Shown: positions 18,455 through 28,571 of the stretch, piece after piece
How positions within the stretch are numbered: the stretch's first letter is position 1
Layout: each line of letters starts with the position of its first letter
DNA from: Promethearchaeota archaeon
Lineage (GTDB): Archaea; Asgardarchaeota; Lokiarchaeia; Sigyniarchaeales; SOKP01
NCBI GenBank assembly: GCA_019058295.1
Contig: JAHPZI010000022.1
Location: 92,316-156,315 of the forward strand
DNA length: 64,000 nt
Direction of reading: 5' to 3'
Program-made: the position numbers and the translations under genes
Notes under the pieces: generated by a model
Database searches by the model: none
What the model was told of the DNA's origin: nothing
Seen by the model: only the letters and a program-made list of their open reading frames with translations

Positions 18455-19710
18455 GGCTTTTTCAACCCCTCCTCATTTGCCATTACAATAATTGCGGCAT
18501 AAGCTGCTCCCGGACCTCCGATTGAATGAGCTATGGCACGTCCTTTTTCGATTTTTACCTGATGCTTACCAGCATCTCCTCTAATTTGTAATGCTGCTTC
18601 ACCTGTACTCATTATACCAGTTGCTCCCACTGCATGTCCACATCCGATTAAACCTCCCGAAGGACAACAAGGCAATTCACCATTTATCCATGGCCCTTCA
18701 CCAGGCTTTTCGAACGATTTTTCAATCCAGGGACCACCTTCTCCAAATGGAACAAATCCCAATTCTTCATAAGAAATAACTTCTTGACCTGAAAAAGCGT
18801 CGTGGAGTTCAGCAACATCAATTTGATCTTTTATCTTATTATAATCAAGTCCAGCCATCTTATATGCTGCTTTAGCAGCTTCGATATTTGAATAAAGACG
18901 ACCAATGCTCTCTCTATTTCCTATAAAACAATCAGTATTAGCAGCACCTACTCCAGTTATCCATATAGGTTTTTCTATTCCTAACTCTTTTACTTTCTGT
19001 TCACTTGCTAAAATCAATGCTGCGGATGCCTCAGAATAAAGGCAACAATCCAACATCTTAAAAGGATAACATATAATTCTTGAGTATATAACATCTTCGA
19101 CTGTTATTTTCATTGGGGATTGAGATTTTGGATTAAGCGTCGCATTTCCATGATTCTTAACGCTGACATATGCCATTTGCTCTTCTGTTGGATTACCAAA
19201 TTCTTCATAATGTGCATTAACCATTGACACGTAAGAACTTGCCGCCATCATACCCATAGGATATTCATATGTCAAATCTGCGGAGTAAGCAATAGCATTG
19301 AGCACTTCTGGCGTCGTTGTTCCTGTTTGCTCGTCATAGCAGTCATTACATTTCTCCAAACCAATACAGAGACATAAATCAGACAGTCCTGAGGCTACTT
19401 CTGCAAAAGCCATTCTCACAGTATAACCCCCTGTAGCGCCTCCACTTGCTATTCGAGTTCCGGGTTTATCATTCATCCCCAAATAGCTATTAGTAAATAT
19501 GTCTGGCATGAATTGGCGCTCAAATAATTCGTTATAGATACCATAAACAGTAGATTGAAGGTCTTTATGAGTTATTTCCGCTCCATTTCTATTTGCATCT
19601 TCTAAAGCGAGCTTAGTTGCATCATAAGCAAGTTCAAAATAAGTTTTATCCAAGTATCGCGCTTTAAAAGGAGTAATACCTACGCCAATAATGGCTACTC
19701 TATTCGACAT
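18451..19710 (-). CDS. Thiolase-fold (SCP-x/Ltp-like) protein lacking the nucleophilic Cys
   Basis: AELHDAF, PSGGLIGCGHAVGATG; SGGATGG at the nucleophile position. Confidence 0.85.
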   Translation of the reverse strand: MSNRVAIIGVGITPFKARYLDKTYFELAYDATKLALEDANRNGAEITHKDLQSTVYGIYNELFERQFMPDIFTNSYLGMNDKPGTRIASGGATGGYTVRMAFAEVASGLSDLCLCIGLEKCNDCYDEQTGTTTPEVLNAIAYSADLTYEYPMGMMAASSYVSMVNAHYEEFGNPTEEQMAYVSVKNHGNATLNPKSQSPMKITVEDVIYSRIICYPFKMLDCCLYSEASAALILASEQKVKELGIEKPIWITGVGAANTDCFIGNRESIGRLYSNIEAAKAAYKMAGLDYNKIKDQIDVAELHDAFSGQEVISYEELGFVPFGEGGPWIEKSFEKPGEGPWINGELPCCPSGGLIGCGHAVGATGIMSTGEAALQIRGDAGKHQVKIEKGRAIAHSIGGPGAAYAAIIVMANEEGLKKP

Positions 19711-19934
19711 TATGTTTTTTCACCTATATTTAATTATTCTTTATTTCTTACTCTAATATTTTTTAAATTTTAATTTTATTTCTTTTTTTAGGTATTTAAT
19801 TTTTTAAAAATTTAACAGAATCTGCCCATATTTAAAAAAAATCCTTATTATGAAAGTTTTTATAACTCTTTAGACATTCTATAAAATATAATATTATAAA
19901 AAAAACAAATAAGTTAGCGTTGAGGTAAAAAGGA

Positions 19935-20957
19935 ATGATTAAAACGAGAATAACAGAAAAGTTTGGGATAAAATATCCCATTCTTAGCGCACCTATGGGT
20001 CCCTTTTACACTACTGAATTAACTATTGCCACATCTGAAGCGGGAGGTCTTGGAGTTCTAAGCCATGTTACATTACTAGGAAAAAATTCGATTAAAGATA
20101 TGAAAGAGCAAATAAATCATGTTATAGAAAATACAGATAAGCCATTTGGTGTTAATATTAGAACAGCGCGAGTACAAACTGATCATAAAATATTATTGAG
20201 AAAGATAGCTGAATGGCGTAATAAAAATCCGAAAATAAGAGAACAATTGATTTATGGACTAACTAGTGCTGGTGGACCTAGACTGGCTGGTAAATTATGG
20301 AAGAAAAGTGCTCCTGATATGTTTCATTTTCATGTAGGACCAGCTTTATGGCTTGTTGACAAGATTGTTGAATCGGGATGCGATGGTATTGTTGCTACGG
20401 GCACTGAAGGTGGAGGTCATCAGAGCTACGAAGGAATAAGTACATTAGTTCTAGTACAACAAGTAGCTCGTAAATATCCAGATAAATTGATGGTAGCTTG
20501 TGGGGGTTTTAGTAGCCCAGAAGGTGTTGCGGCAGGTTTAGCTATGGGGGCAGATGCAATTGCTATGGGAACTCGATTTATAGCGTCAAATCAAAGCGAG
20601 TTTCATCCTAATTATAAAGCACTTATTCCTCCTGCGACTGCCAGAGACACATTGCTTACAACAGGAGGTTTCGGTCCTATACGTTTGTTAAAAAACAAAT
20701 ATTGCATAGAGCACGGAGAAGTAATTTCAAAACAAGAAAAAATAGCTCAAGAATTAAGTTATGATGTAGCTGGATATATTGATGACTTAAAGAAATATAT
20801 GATTGTGTATACAGAGGGAGATGTGGAAAATGGTGCTATTCCAGTAGGACAAACGGTTGGTTTGATTGATTCGATATTAGATGTAGATGATATCATATCA
20901 GGATTTACTAAAGAAGCAGAAAAGATATTGAAAAATCTTTGCTCAAATATAACTTAA
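19935..20957 (+). CDS. Nitronate monooxygenase / FabK-like flavin oxidoreductase
   Basis: YPILSAPM, AGGLG, EGGGH, ACGG, MGTRF, GQTVGLI. Confidence 0.88.
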   Translation: MIKTRITEKFGIKYPILSAPMGPFYTTELTIATSEAGGLGVLSHVTLLGKNSIKDMKEQINHVIENTDKPFGVNIRTARVQTDHKILLRKIAEWRNKNPKIREQLIYGLTSAGGPRLAGKLWKKSAPDMFHFHVGPALWLVDKIVESGCDGIVATGTEGGGHQSYEGISTLVLVQQVARKYPDKLMVACGGFSSPEGVAAGLAMGADAIAMGTRFIASNQSEFHPNYKALIPPATARDTLLTTGGFGPIRLLKNKYCIEHGEVISKQEKIAQELSYDVAGYIDDLKKYMIVYTEGDVENGAIPVGQTVGLIDSILDVDDIISGFTKEAEKILKNLCSNIT

Positions 20958-21018
20958 GATATTGTATATCTTTTTTCCTTATTTTTTTTTAATTAAATAT
21001 GTTCATTATTAGGGTATA

Positions 21019-21288
21019 ATGCCAAGACCAACACCGAATTTAAGAAAAAAGATTAAAGAATTAATGAATTTAACATATAGAGCAATAACTGATTTATCTA
21101 AGTGTAAATCTTGCGGAACATGCGTAAAATTTTGTCCATTAAAAATCAGAGAATTCAATTCTGAAGGAAAGGCTATTACTATAAAAAATGATAAATCTTG
21201 TGGAGGTTGTTCCGTTTGTTATAAAAGATGTCCTCAAAACGCTATAAAATTAATTTCTATTAAAAAAGATATAAATATGCAGAAATAG
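21019..21288 (+). CDS. 2x[4Fe-4S] ferredoxin
   Basis: CKSCGTCVKFCP and CGGCSVCYKRCP. Confidence 0.85.
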   Translation: MPRPTPNLRKKIKELMNLTYRAITDLSKCKSCGTCVKFCPLKIREFNSEGKAITIKNDKSCGGCSVCYKRCPQNAIKLISIKKDINMQK

Positions 21289-21377
21289 TTTTTAACACTT
21301 TTTATAATTTTGATAATAATATAAAATTAAAAAAAAAGAAAATAATCGAGAGAATCTCCTAATCTTCTCCAGAGCTT

Positions 21378-21680
21378 CTACTTTTTTGGTGGCAGAATTT
21401 CAATTTCCATCGCACTAACGTTACTTTTCGTGCCATCCTTGTTAGTAATTTCTTCAGTATCAATTATTACCTCACCATAGTTAGCTCCTTTTATGAAATT
21501 GTTTTTAAGAATTTCTGCAACATCTACGGCCTTCGAAATTGATCTTCCTCGTGCAAGCAATCTGACTGGTCGGTTTTCGTTAATAATTACCATAGCAGCG
21601 AGCACATAATTCATACTTTTCTTTCTACCAATAAATACTCTTGAATCGTCTTGTGGTTTTTTTTTAGCCAAAATAATCAC
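21378..21680 (-). CDS. albA: Archaeal chromatin protein Alba
   Basis: VFIGRK..MNYVLA, ARGRSISKAVDVAE, NVSAMEI; the true start is probably TTG at 21671. Confidence 0.95.
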   Translation of the reverse strand: MIILAKKKPQDDSRVFIGRKKSMNYVLAAMVIINENRPVRLLARGRSISKAVDVAEILKNNFIKGANYGEVIIDTEEITNKDGTKSNVSAMEIEILPPKK

Positions 21681-21869
21681 TATTTTCCCGTGGTAGGTTT
21701 AAAATTTTATTAATTCTTCTTTAAGTTCTTATTCTTTTCTCTCTTATCAACTATCTTAAGATAATTATGTAAATTAACTTAGATTTTGATTTAAATTTTA
21801 TTAAAAAAGTATAAAGATATTTAAACTATTATATCTGGCAAAAAATTAATGATTTATCGCTGCAAGTTC

Positions 21870-22694
21870 TTATTTTCCAACAAAAATTGGATCGCGCTTT
21901 TCTTTTAGCGCTTTTAAAGATTCTCCAAAGTCTCTGCTGATAATCGTTTTAACCCATCCCTTATTCTCTAAATCTAATTGTTTTTCAATAATTTCTCTAA
22001 AATAAACATGAATTGTTTTTTTCATTAATTTGATAGAGACGCTCGGTCCTTTAGGAGGTATCAATCTTAAAGCTTGCTCTCTTGCATATGGCATTAACTC
22101 ATCGGGTGGTAAAACCTTATTAATTAAACCCAGTTTTTCAGCATCTTGAGCAGTCAGTTTATCTCCAAAGTAAAAAAGTTCTTTAGCTTTTTGAAATCCT
22201 ATTAAAAAGGGCAGGAGATAAGTTGTTGCAAAATCGGGCATTACGGCTCTTTTTATGAAATAAAGCCCAAACCAAGAATCATCAGACGCATAAACTAAGT
22301 CAGCACATACAACTGGTAGGGTAAAACCACCCCCGACAGCTAAACCATTCAATACTGCTATAACTGGTTTTGAGAAATCCCAAAATTTTAAACATAATTT
22401 CTTTGACGCCATATCCTTTAAATCTACTTCTCCTAAATGTTCTGGAGGAATTTGTTCTCTTATATCTTTTGTACTGAAATAACCACCAGAACTAAAAGAA
22501 TTTGCTTCTTCACATCCAGTTAAAATCATAACCTTAATATCTTTATCTTTTTCGGAAATTTCAACAGCATGTATTAATTCAAGAAGAGTCAGGGGACTTA
22601 AAGCATTTTTCCGCTCAGGCCGATTTAAAATAACGGTTACAATTCCATTTTCTTCTTTTTCAAATAGTATATCCTTGAAATCTTCACTTCTCAT
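21870..22694 (-). CDS. Enoyl-CoA hydratase/isomerase (crotonase family)
   Basis: LNRPERKNAL, KPVIAVLNGLAVGGG, EKRDPIF. Confidence 0.9.
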   Translation of the reverse strand: MRSEDFKDILFEKEENGIVTVILNRPERKNALSPLTLLELIHAVEISEKDKDIKVMILTGCEEANSFSSGGYFSTKDIREQIPPEHLGEVDLKDMASKKLCLKFWDFSKPVIAVLNGLAVGGGFTLPVVCADLVYASDDSWFGLYFIKRAVMPDFATTYLLPFLIGFQKAKELFYFGDKLTAQDAEKLGLINKVLPPDELMPYAREQALRLIPPKGPSVSIKLMKKTIHVYFREIIEKQLDLENKGWVKTIISRDFGESLKALKEKRDPIFVGK

Positions 22695-22748
22695 AACCTT
22701 AAAAAATTATTATGAATTATGAATCTTTCTTATGAAAAGAAAGCGTTA

Positions 22749-23420
22749 TTAATCTATATTCTCTAAATCAATAAATTTCCAGATTTTAGTTATTTGTAAT
22801 GCTGCCCATAAGATATAGCCGTACACGATAACTTTTTGTATTATTGGATTATATGGTATGAATATTCTTAATATAATTAAACCAACGATTATCGAAAAAA
22901 CAAAACCAACAATAGCGTATATATTACTGTAATCTTTTTTTAGCAGTATAGCTATTGAATAAAAAAATATAGCACCTGCGAAGGATAAAAAGAAATAGGT
23001 AGCCGAAAATGCGTGTTCAATAAGATGTGTATTGCCGGGAAAGATTCCTACTCCCATTAATAAAGGCGATGAAATAAGGCCCAATAAAGAACCAATATAA
23101 CTAAAGATTTTCGTTATTATATTATCATTAAATACGGTAGTTATAACAATCCAAAATGGGATTAAAAATGCACCTACTAATACACATGTAACAGTAAATA
23201 AAACGCTCGAAATTAAGTTATTCGAACCAGTTCTTATGTTAACGGTAGTACCTAAATAACTAATATAATCTTCTGTAAAAGAATAGCCATCAGGATAAAA
23301 GAATATTGCTGCTATGATTGTTATAATAATAAATTGCAAACCTCCTAATATAGCAATTATACAGCTTAATCTTTTCCATGATTTTAAATCATCTAATTTT
23401 AAACCAAACCTTAAAATCAC
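22749..23420 (-). CDS. DUF998-like membrane protein
   Basis: YPDGYSF..YISYLG, GVGIFP...H, QK motif; about 6 TM helices. Confidence 0.7.
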   Translation of the reverse strand: MILRFGLKLDDLKSWKRLSCIIAILGGLQFIIITIIAAIFFYPDGYSFTEDYISYLGTTVNIRTGSNNLISSVLFTVTCVLVGAFLIPFWIVITTVFNDNIITKIFSYIGSLLGLISSPLLMGVGIFPGNTHLIEHAFSATYFFLSFAGAIFFYSIAILLKKDYSNIYAIVGFVFSIIVGLIILRIFIPYNPIIQKVIVYGYILWAALQITKIWKFIDLENID

Positions 23421-23422
23421 TT

Positions 23423-24826
23423 TTAAAGACCCGATTCTTTTATTTTACTTCTATTTTCACTGACTTTATCAGGATTTAAATCATATAATAACCAAAAAAA
23501 GAAAGCACCAATGAAAATACAAATCATAGGTATTAACGCTGCGTGGATATGAATTCCCCATATTGCTAAAGGGGTTTGAGTATCTGCTCCTTCCACAAAC
23601 CCTGTGAGTTGATGAACTATGGCAAAACTTAAAACTTGGATGATGAGCCCAAGACGACCAAAAAATTGTTGGATTCCTATATATGTGCCTTCTTCGCGTT
23701 TATTGTATTTTACAATAGATTCATCTATTACATCCGAAAAAACAGGGAATATCATAGACCAAAATCCTCCCAATGCCATACCCCATACACAAATAGAGAT
23801 AACAACACCCCAGTATGAGTTAATAAATATTAATGGGATTGCAAAAACACCCAATAATATAGCTGAAATTAACATAATTTTACCATTATCATTTGTTTTT
23901 TGTGCTAACTTTACCCAGAAAGGAATTGAAATTATAGTTCCTATTAGCAATCCAGCCATAATAAATGTAGTAAATCTTGCTTTCTGGTATTGTGGTTCCA
24001 CAGCGAATCGAACTACGTAGGGTAGAGATGCTTGTAATGAATTTATTATAACAAAATACAAGGCGTATATTATCATATAAGCTACGAAAGATTTTTGTTT
24101 AAAAGCTAGTTTCATTGATTTAAGGAAGGATTCTCTTTTAGCTTGTTTTTCATAGGATGTTAAGTAAATGTCAACCGTCTGTTGATCATCACGATGACCT
24201 GGTATTGCCAGTAGCATCATAACGATAGTTATTACCATTACTATTAACCCTTGAATTATATATGACTGCAAATCTTCAAAAGTAATAAATAATGGAGGTA
24301 AAATCGCTCCCAAAGCAACCCCTATGATACCTAGGGGAATATAAATACCTGCGGCAGTCCTTCTTTCCTCAACTGATTGAAATTTGTCTGGAAAAAGAGA
24401 TTGAAAACTAACAAAAAAAAGAGAATGAAAAGTATCAAATAAACATGTAGTAAACGTAAGCCAAGCAAAAATAATCCATGCTCCCCCTACAGGATCGACG
24501 GAGGGTGGAAAAAACACAAGAAAATAACAAAATCCAAGAGGAAACCCTCCTAAAAGAAGCCATGGAAATCGTCTTCCCCATTTTTTTGTGAACTTAAATG
24601 GTCGATTTGTTAAATATCCAATGAGAGGATCGTTAATAGCATTATATATAGCGAATATTATTAACGCTAGACCAATAAGCCAGACATTCAGACCGACTTC
24701 TACCTCGTAATAAAAGAATACTAACACATTAAAAGCCATCTGAACGAATTCGCGACCCATACTGCCGAAACCATATGACGCCATGTTTAATTTACTATGG
24801 ATGATTTCTTTTTTCTCATTTGACAT
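23423..24826 (-). CDS. MFS transporter, glycoside-pentoside-hexuronide (GPH) family
   Basis: NAINDPLIG, KWGRRFPW, DVIDE..REEG; about 12 TM helices. Confidence 0.9.
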   Translation of the reverse strand: MSNEKKEIIHSKLNMASYGFGSMGREFVQMAFNVLVFFYYEVEVGLNVWLIGLALIIFAIYNAINDPLIGYLTNRPFKFTKKWGRRFPWLLLGGFPLGFCYFLVFFPPSVDPVGGAWIIFAWLTFTTCLFDTFHSLFFVSFQSLFPDKFQSVEERRTAAGIYIPLGIIGVALGAILPPLFITFEDLQSYIIQGLIVMVITIVMMLLAIPGHRDDQQTVDIYLTSYEKQAKRESFLKSMKLAFKQKSFVAYMIIYALYFVIINSLQASLPYVVRFAVEPQYQKARFTTFIMAGLLIGTIISIPFWVKLAQKTNDNGKIMLISAILLGVFAIPLIFINSYWGVVISICVWGMALGGFWSMIFPVFSDVIDESIVKYNKREEGTYIGIQQFFGRLGLIIQVLSFAIVHQLTGFVEGADTQTPLAIWGIHIHAALIPMICIFIGAFFFWLLYDLNPDKVSENRSKIKESGL

Positions 24827-24913
24827 TTTTTCAACCTAAAAATTTTGAAAATAAAATTAATTTTATTTACTTATATATTAGTATTTTTTATATTTTTTTA
24901 ATCTGAAAAGAAA

Positions 24914-25690
24914 TTAAATGAATTTTTCTCTAAAGTTTTTTATAAATTGATCTTTATCTTTGTGACTGAACCAATCAGACGCAATCTTCTCAAGCTCGTA
25001 TGCATCGTTGTATGATTTGTCAAGAAAATGGTTGCTACATAATTTTATTGCATTTAAAACAGTCTGATTATGTGTAAATAAAAATTTCACTTTTTTCATT
25101 GTCTCAAGCATTAGTTCTTCCCTTGAATCTACAATTTGATCAATTAATCCAATATCTAACGCTTTTTCAGAACTTACTTTTTCGGCAAGCATTAACATCT
25201 TCTTTGTCCAAGGAATTCCAATTATTTTTGTCATTAATACAACACAACCTGTCCCTGGAAAAATTCCTGAATTTATTTCTGGATATTGAAAGAAGCTATC
25301 TTTAGTTGCAATTCGATAATCGCAGCATATCATATAAACTACACCTTCCCCCATTGTACGCCCGTTTATAGCACAGATAGCTGGCTTTCCATTATATAGT
25401 AATTTACATATATCTGCTGCCGTTCCCTCAAGTTCTTTTACTGCAGCGTAGTCGCTTCCATCTATGGCTCCTAAGTCCATTCCTGTGCTAAATGAGGTCC
25501 CATTATTTGTTAAAATCAATCCCTTGATTTTGTCACTTTTTTGACAGTGTTCTATGGCCTTTTTTAGGTTTCTTAACTGATCAATTGTAAATGCGTTTGC
25601 TCTATGGACTCTATTAAGCGTAATCACACCAAAGCGCTTTTTCACGGAAAATTCAATAAACTCTCCAAAATCTAAATTATTTGAAGGCAT
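24914..25690 (-). CDS. Enoyl-CoA hydratase/isomerase
   Basis: FSTGMDL, KPAICAING, PEINSGIFPG. Confidence 0.88.
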   Translation of the reverse strand: MPSNNLDFGEFIEFSVKKRFGVITLNRVHRANAFTIDQLRNLKKAIEHCQKSDKIKGLILTNNGTSFSTGMDLGAIDGSDYAAVKELEGTAADICKLLYNGKPAICAINGRTMGEGVVYMICCDYRIATKDSFFQYPEINSGIFPGTGCVVLMTKIIGIPWTKKMLMLAEKVSSEKALDIGLIDQIVDSREELMLETMKKVKFLFTHNQTVLNAIKLCSNHFLDKSYNDAYELEKIASDWFSHKDKDQFIKNFREKFI

Positions 25691-25698
25691 AACTTAAA

Positions 25699-26391
25699 TT
25701 AATTTTCTTTAATTATAAAATTCCACTGATTTTTATATAACAGGATTAAAATGTAAGCATAAGACACGGATGGAATTACAAATAATGCTACAAGAGCGAA
25801 AAGTTCGTCGCTCAATGTTCCAGCGATAATTGTAATAAATAAAGGACCTATTATCCACGCGGCTATTCTTGAGTATTTTGGCCCAAAATTTGAACTAAGA
25901 TAAAATGTTATGACCATTGCGAATCCCGGAATATAGTAAATTGGGACATAAGGCCATATAGGAATAGGTCGACCAAGCCCTCCTAAGATCCGAAAAATTG
26001 CGAAATAACTATCCCACCAATTACCTGCTGGATATGGATAATGACCTTTGTCGATCCATAAGCATACCCAAAATATAACGTCTTCTAACATTGCCATAAA
26101 CATTAATCCCATGATTACTTGTTCGATATTAAATTTTTTATTATACCGTGTAGCAAATGCTACGGTAAGACAGAGACTGACATACATTATAATCCAATTA
26201 CCAACACTTCCAAGAATATTGTATAGAGTGATATAGTTATACACAACAAAATATTCATAAATCCCATATCCTATCGAATATATGAACGCTGAGAGAAAAC
26301 CACGCTTGAGAATTATTTTGTGATCTTCAGCATCATTGAGCTTTATTGGACGCTCAAAAAGCAAATCTTTCACTCTTACACTCATAATCAT
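25699..26391 (-). CDS. Hypothetical membrane protein
   Basis: Multiple hydrophobic segments; LEDVIFW motif. Confidence 0.7.
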   Translation of the reverse strand: MIMSVRVKDLLFERPIKLNDAEDHKIILKRGFLSAFIYSIGYGIYEYFVVYNYITLYNILGSVGNWIIMYVSLCLTVAFATRYNKKFNIEQVIMGLMFMAMLEDVIFWVCLWIDKGHYPYPAGNWWDSYFAIFRILGGLGRPIPIWPYVPIYYIPGFAMVITFYLSSNFGPKYSRIAAWIIGPLFITIIAGTLSDELFALVALFVIPSVSYAYILILLYKNQWNFIIKEN

Positions 26392-26522
26392 TCATTAATA
26401 TGCGATCTTTTTTGCTAATAGATTTAGTTAATGAAAAGATTTAAGGAATTCCAATGGAAAGATAAATTAATTCTCATTTAATAACAAACAATAATAATGT
26501 AGTATTCATACTGAATTTAAGG

Positions 26523-28571
26523 ATGGTTGATTCATTAAGAAAAAAAGACTTGAAGAAAACTCCAAATTTAAAGAAAAAGTTTATTTCTATAAATCAACAT
26601 CTATATGGAAAATTAAAATATACTGATACAGATACCAGGGCTCGATCCAAAGAAATAGTCAATCTATTGCTGTGTAAATTAATAGATGAAGTATTTAAAT
26701 CTCCAGATGATTATGTTGATTTTTGTATAAAAGATGGTGAATCAGAACGCGGATTATTAGAACGAATTCAATTGTTTTTCAATAATAATGTGAAAATTAA
26801 GTATTCTGAAATAATTGGAGAACATGAAAGCATTGGTTTAAATAAAGATTTGGTTTATTTAATCGTTCAAGAATTGCAATCTGTTTCTTTACTTCAGTCT
26901 TCTAAAGATATTTTAAGCGATGCGTTTGAGATCTTTGTTAGTAAAATTTTAAAAGACGAGGGTGGGCAATTTTTTACACCTCCTAATGTTGTGAAATTTA
27001 TGGTCAATTATTTAGACCCTGATCTGGATTCAAAAATCTTGGATCCTGCATGTGGACATGGTGGGTTCCTTCTCGAAGCTAAAGATCTATTATGGTCTAA
27101 AATCAAGACTGATAAACAAAAGGTTGATATAATTTCTAACTTACACGGAATTGATAAAGACTTATTTTTAGCGAAAATATCTAAATTATATTTGGAAATT
27201 CTTAGCGGGGGCAATTCTAACATTTTTTGTGAAGACTCATTGGATGCTAAAAGTTACAGAACTCAAGCTAAGCAAATAATTAAAGACGATAACTTTGATT
27301 ATATTTTTACAAATCCACCCTTTGGTGCTAAGATTCCTATCAATAATAAAGAGATTTTAAATAATTATAAATTAGGGCATATTTGGAAAAACATTAATAA
27401 TATATGGACAATGCAAGACAAGCTTGTTAAGCAACAACCCCCACAAGTGCTTTTTATTGAAAGATGTGTCCAGTTACTTAAGGACGGGGGCAAACTCGGT
27501 ATTGTTTTGCCAGAGGGAATCTTTGGAAATCCTTCAGATCGCTATATTTGGCAATATTTAAAATCAAATGGTAGAGTTTTAGGAATAATATCATTAGATC
27601 AAAATACATTTCAACCTTATACATGCAATAAAACAAGTATTTTATTTTTCCAGAAATTAAAAAATGTTCCTAAAGATTATATTATTGACTTTGCTATAGT
27701 TGATTTCGTAGGACACGATAAAGATGGTAAGGTTTTATACAAATTAAATAAGGATGGGTCCAAAGAATTAGATAATGAAGGAAATACCATTGTTAATGAT
27801 GAACTAATTAATTTACATGATAAACTAACGAATTGTGAAGAATTTAATTACCTAGTAGAGCAAAAATTATTTAAAATCAAATTTAGTAACATCAAAAATA
27901 GCATTTTCATCCCATATTATTATACTGGAGTAGAAAAAACTCTTAAAAAACTTGAAAAGGATAAGAATTTTTCATTAAAATCAATCAGAGAATTAACTGA
28001 GAAAAAGATAATCTATACTAATAAAAATGGATATTTACCTCGAGGAGATGAGATCGGCTCGAATGTGTATGGATTAGGAGATATTCCTTTTATTCGGACT
28101 AGCAATATGAATAATTGGGAAATCAATTTGGATTCACATAAAAAAACTAGTAAAGAAGTATATGAGTTATATAAAGAAAAGCAAAATATTGAAGTGGGAG
28201 ATATTCTTTTAGTAAAGGATGGAGGACCAAATCTAATTGGAAATACTGCTTACATTACAGAATTAGATAAAGAAATTATTATCCAGAGCCATATTTTCCA
28301 GATAAAATCTCTGCCTAATGACGAGTATATTGACTCATTCTTGCTGTTATACCTCTTAAACCTCGAAATAGTTCAAAAACAAATTCAAGCTATTACTTTC
28401 ATTCAAGGCACAATCGCGACGATAGGTAATAGAATAATGGAAGTGGTTCTCCCAATTCCTTCTGATATAGAGAAAAGGAAAGAAATATCTAAAACTATTG
28501 AAAAAATTATAGACGATAAGGTAAATATAAGAAAAAAAATAAGAAATTTATCATTAGATTTTATTGGTTAA
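26523..28571 (+). CDS. N6-adenine DNA methyltransferase (HsdM-like) fused to a single HsdS-like target-recognition domain
   Basis: GQFFTP, LDPACGHGGFL, NPPF; C-terminal IPFIRTSN..GDILLVKDG..IG..A..LPIP pattern of type I specificity domains. Confidence 0.85.
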   Translation: MVDSLRKKDLKKTPNLKKKFISINQHLYGKLKYTDTDTRARSKEIVNLLLCKLIDEVFKSPDDYVDFCIKDGESERGLLERIQLFFNNNVKIKYSEIIGEHESIGLNKDLVYLIVQELQSVSLLQSSKDILSDAFEIFVSKILKDEGGQFFTPPNVVKFMVNYLDPDLDSKILDPACGHGGFLLEAKDLLWSKIKTDKQKVDIISNLHGIDKDLFLAKISKLYLEILSGGNSNIFCEDSLDAKSYRTQAKQIIKDDNFDYIFTNPPFGAKIPINNKEILNNYKLGHIWKNINNIWTMQDKLVKQQPPQVLFIERCVQLLKDGGKLGIVLPEGIFGNPSDRYIWQYLKSNGRVLGIISLDQNTFQPYTCNKTSILFFQKLKNVPKDYIIDFAIVDFVGHDKDGKVLYKLNKDGSKELDNEGNTIVNDELINLHDKLTNCEEFNYLVEQKLFKIKFSNIKNSIFIPYYYTGVEKTLKKLEKDKNFSLKSIRELTEKKIIYTNKNGYLPRGDEIGSNVYGLGDIPFIRTSNMNNWEINLDSHKKTSKEVYELYKEKQNIEVGDILLVKDGGPNLIGNTAYITELDKEIIIQSHIFQIKSLPNDEYIDSFLLLYLLNLEIVQKQIQAITFIQGTIATIGNRIMEVVLPIPSDIEKRKEISKTIEKIIDDKVNIRKKIRNLSLDFIG

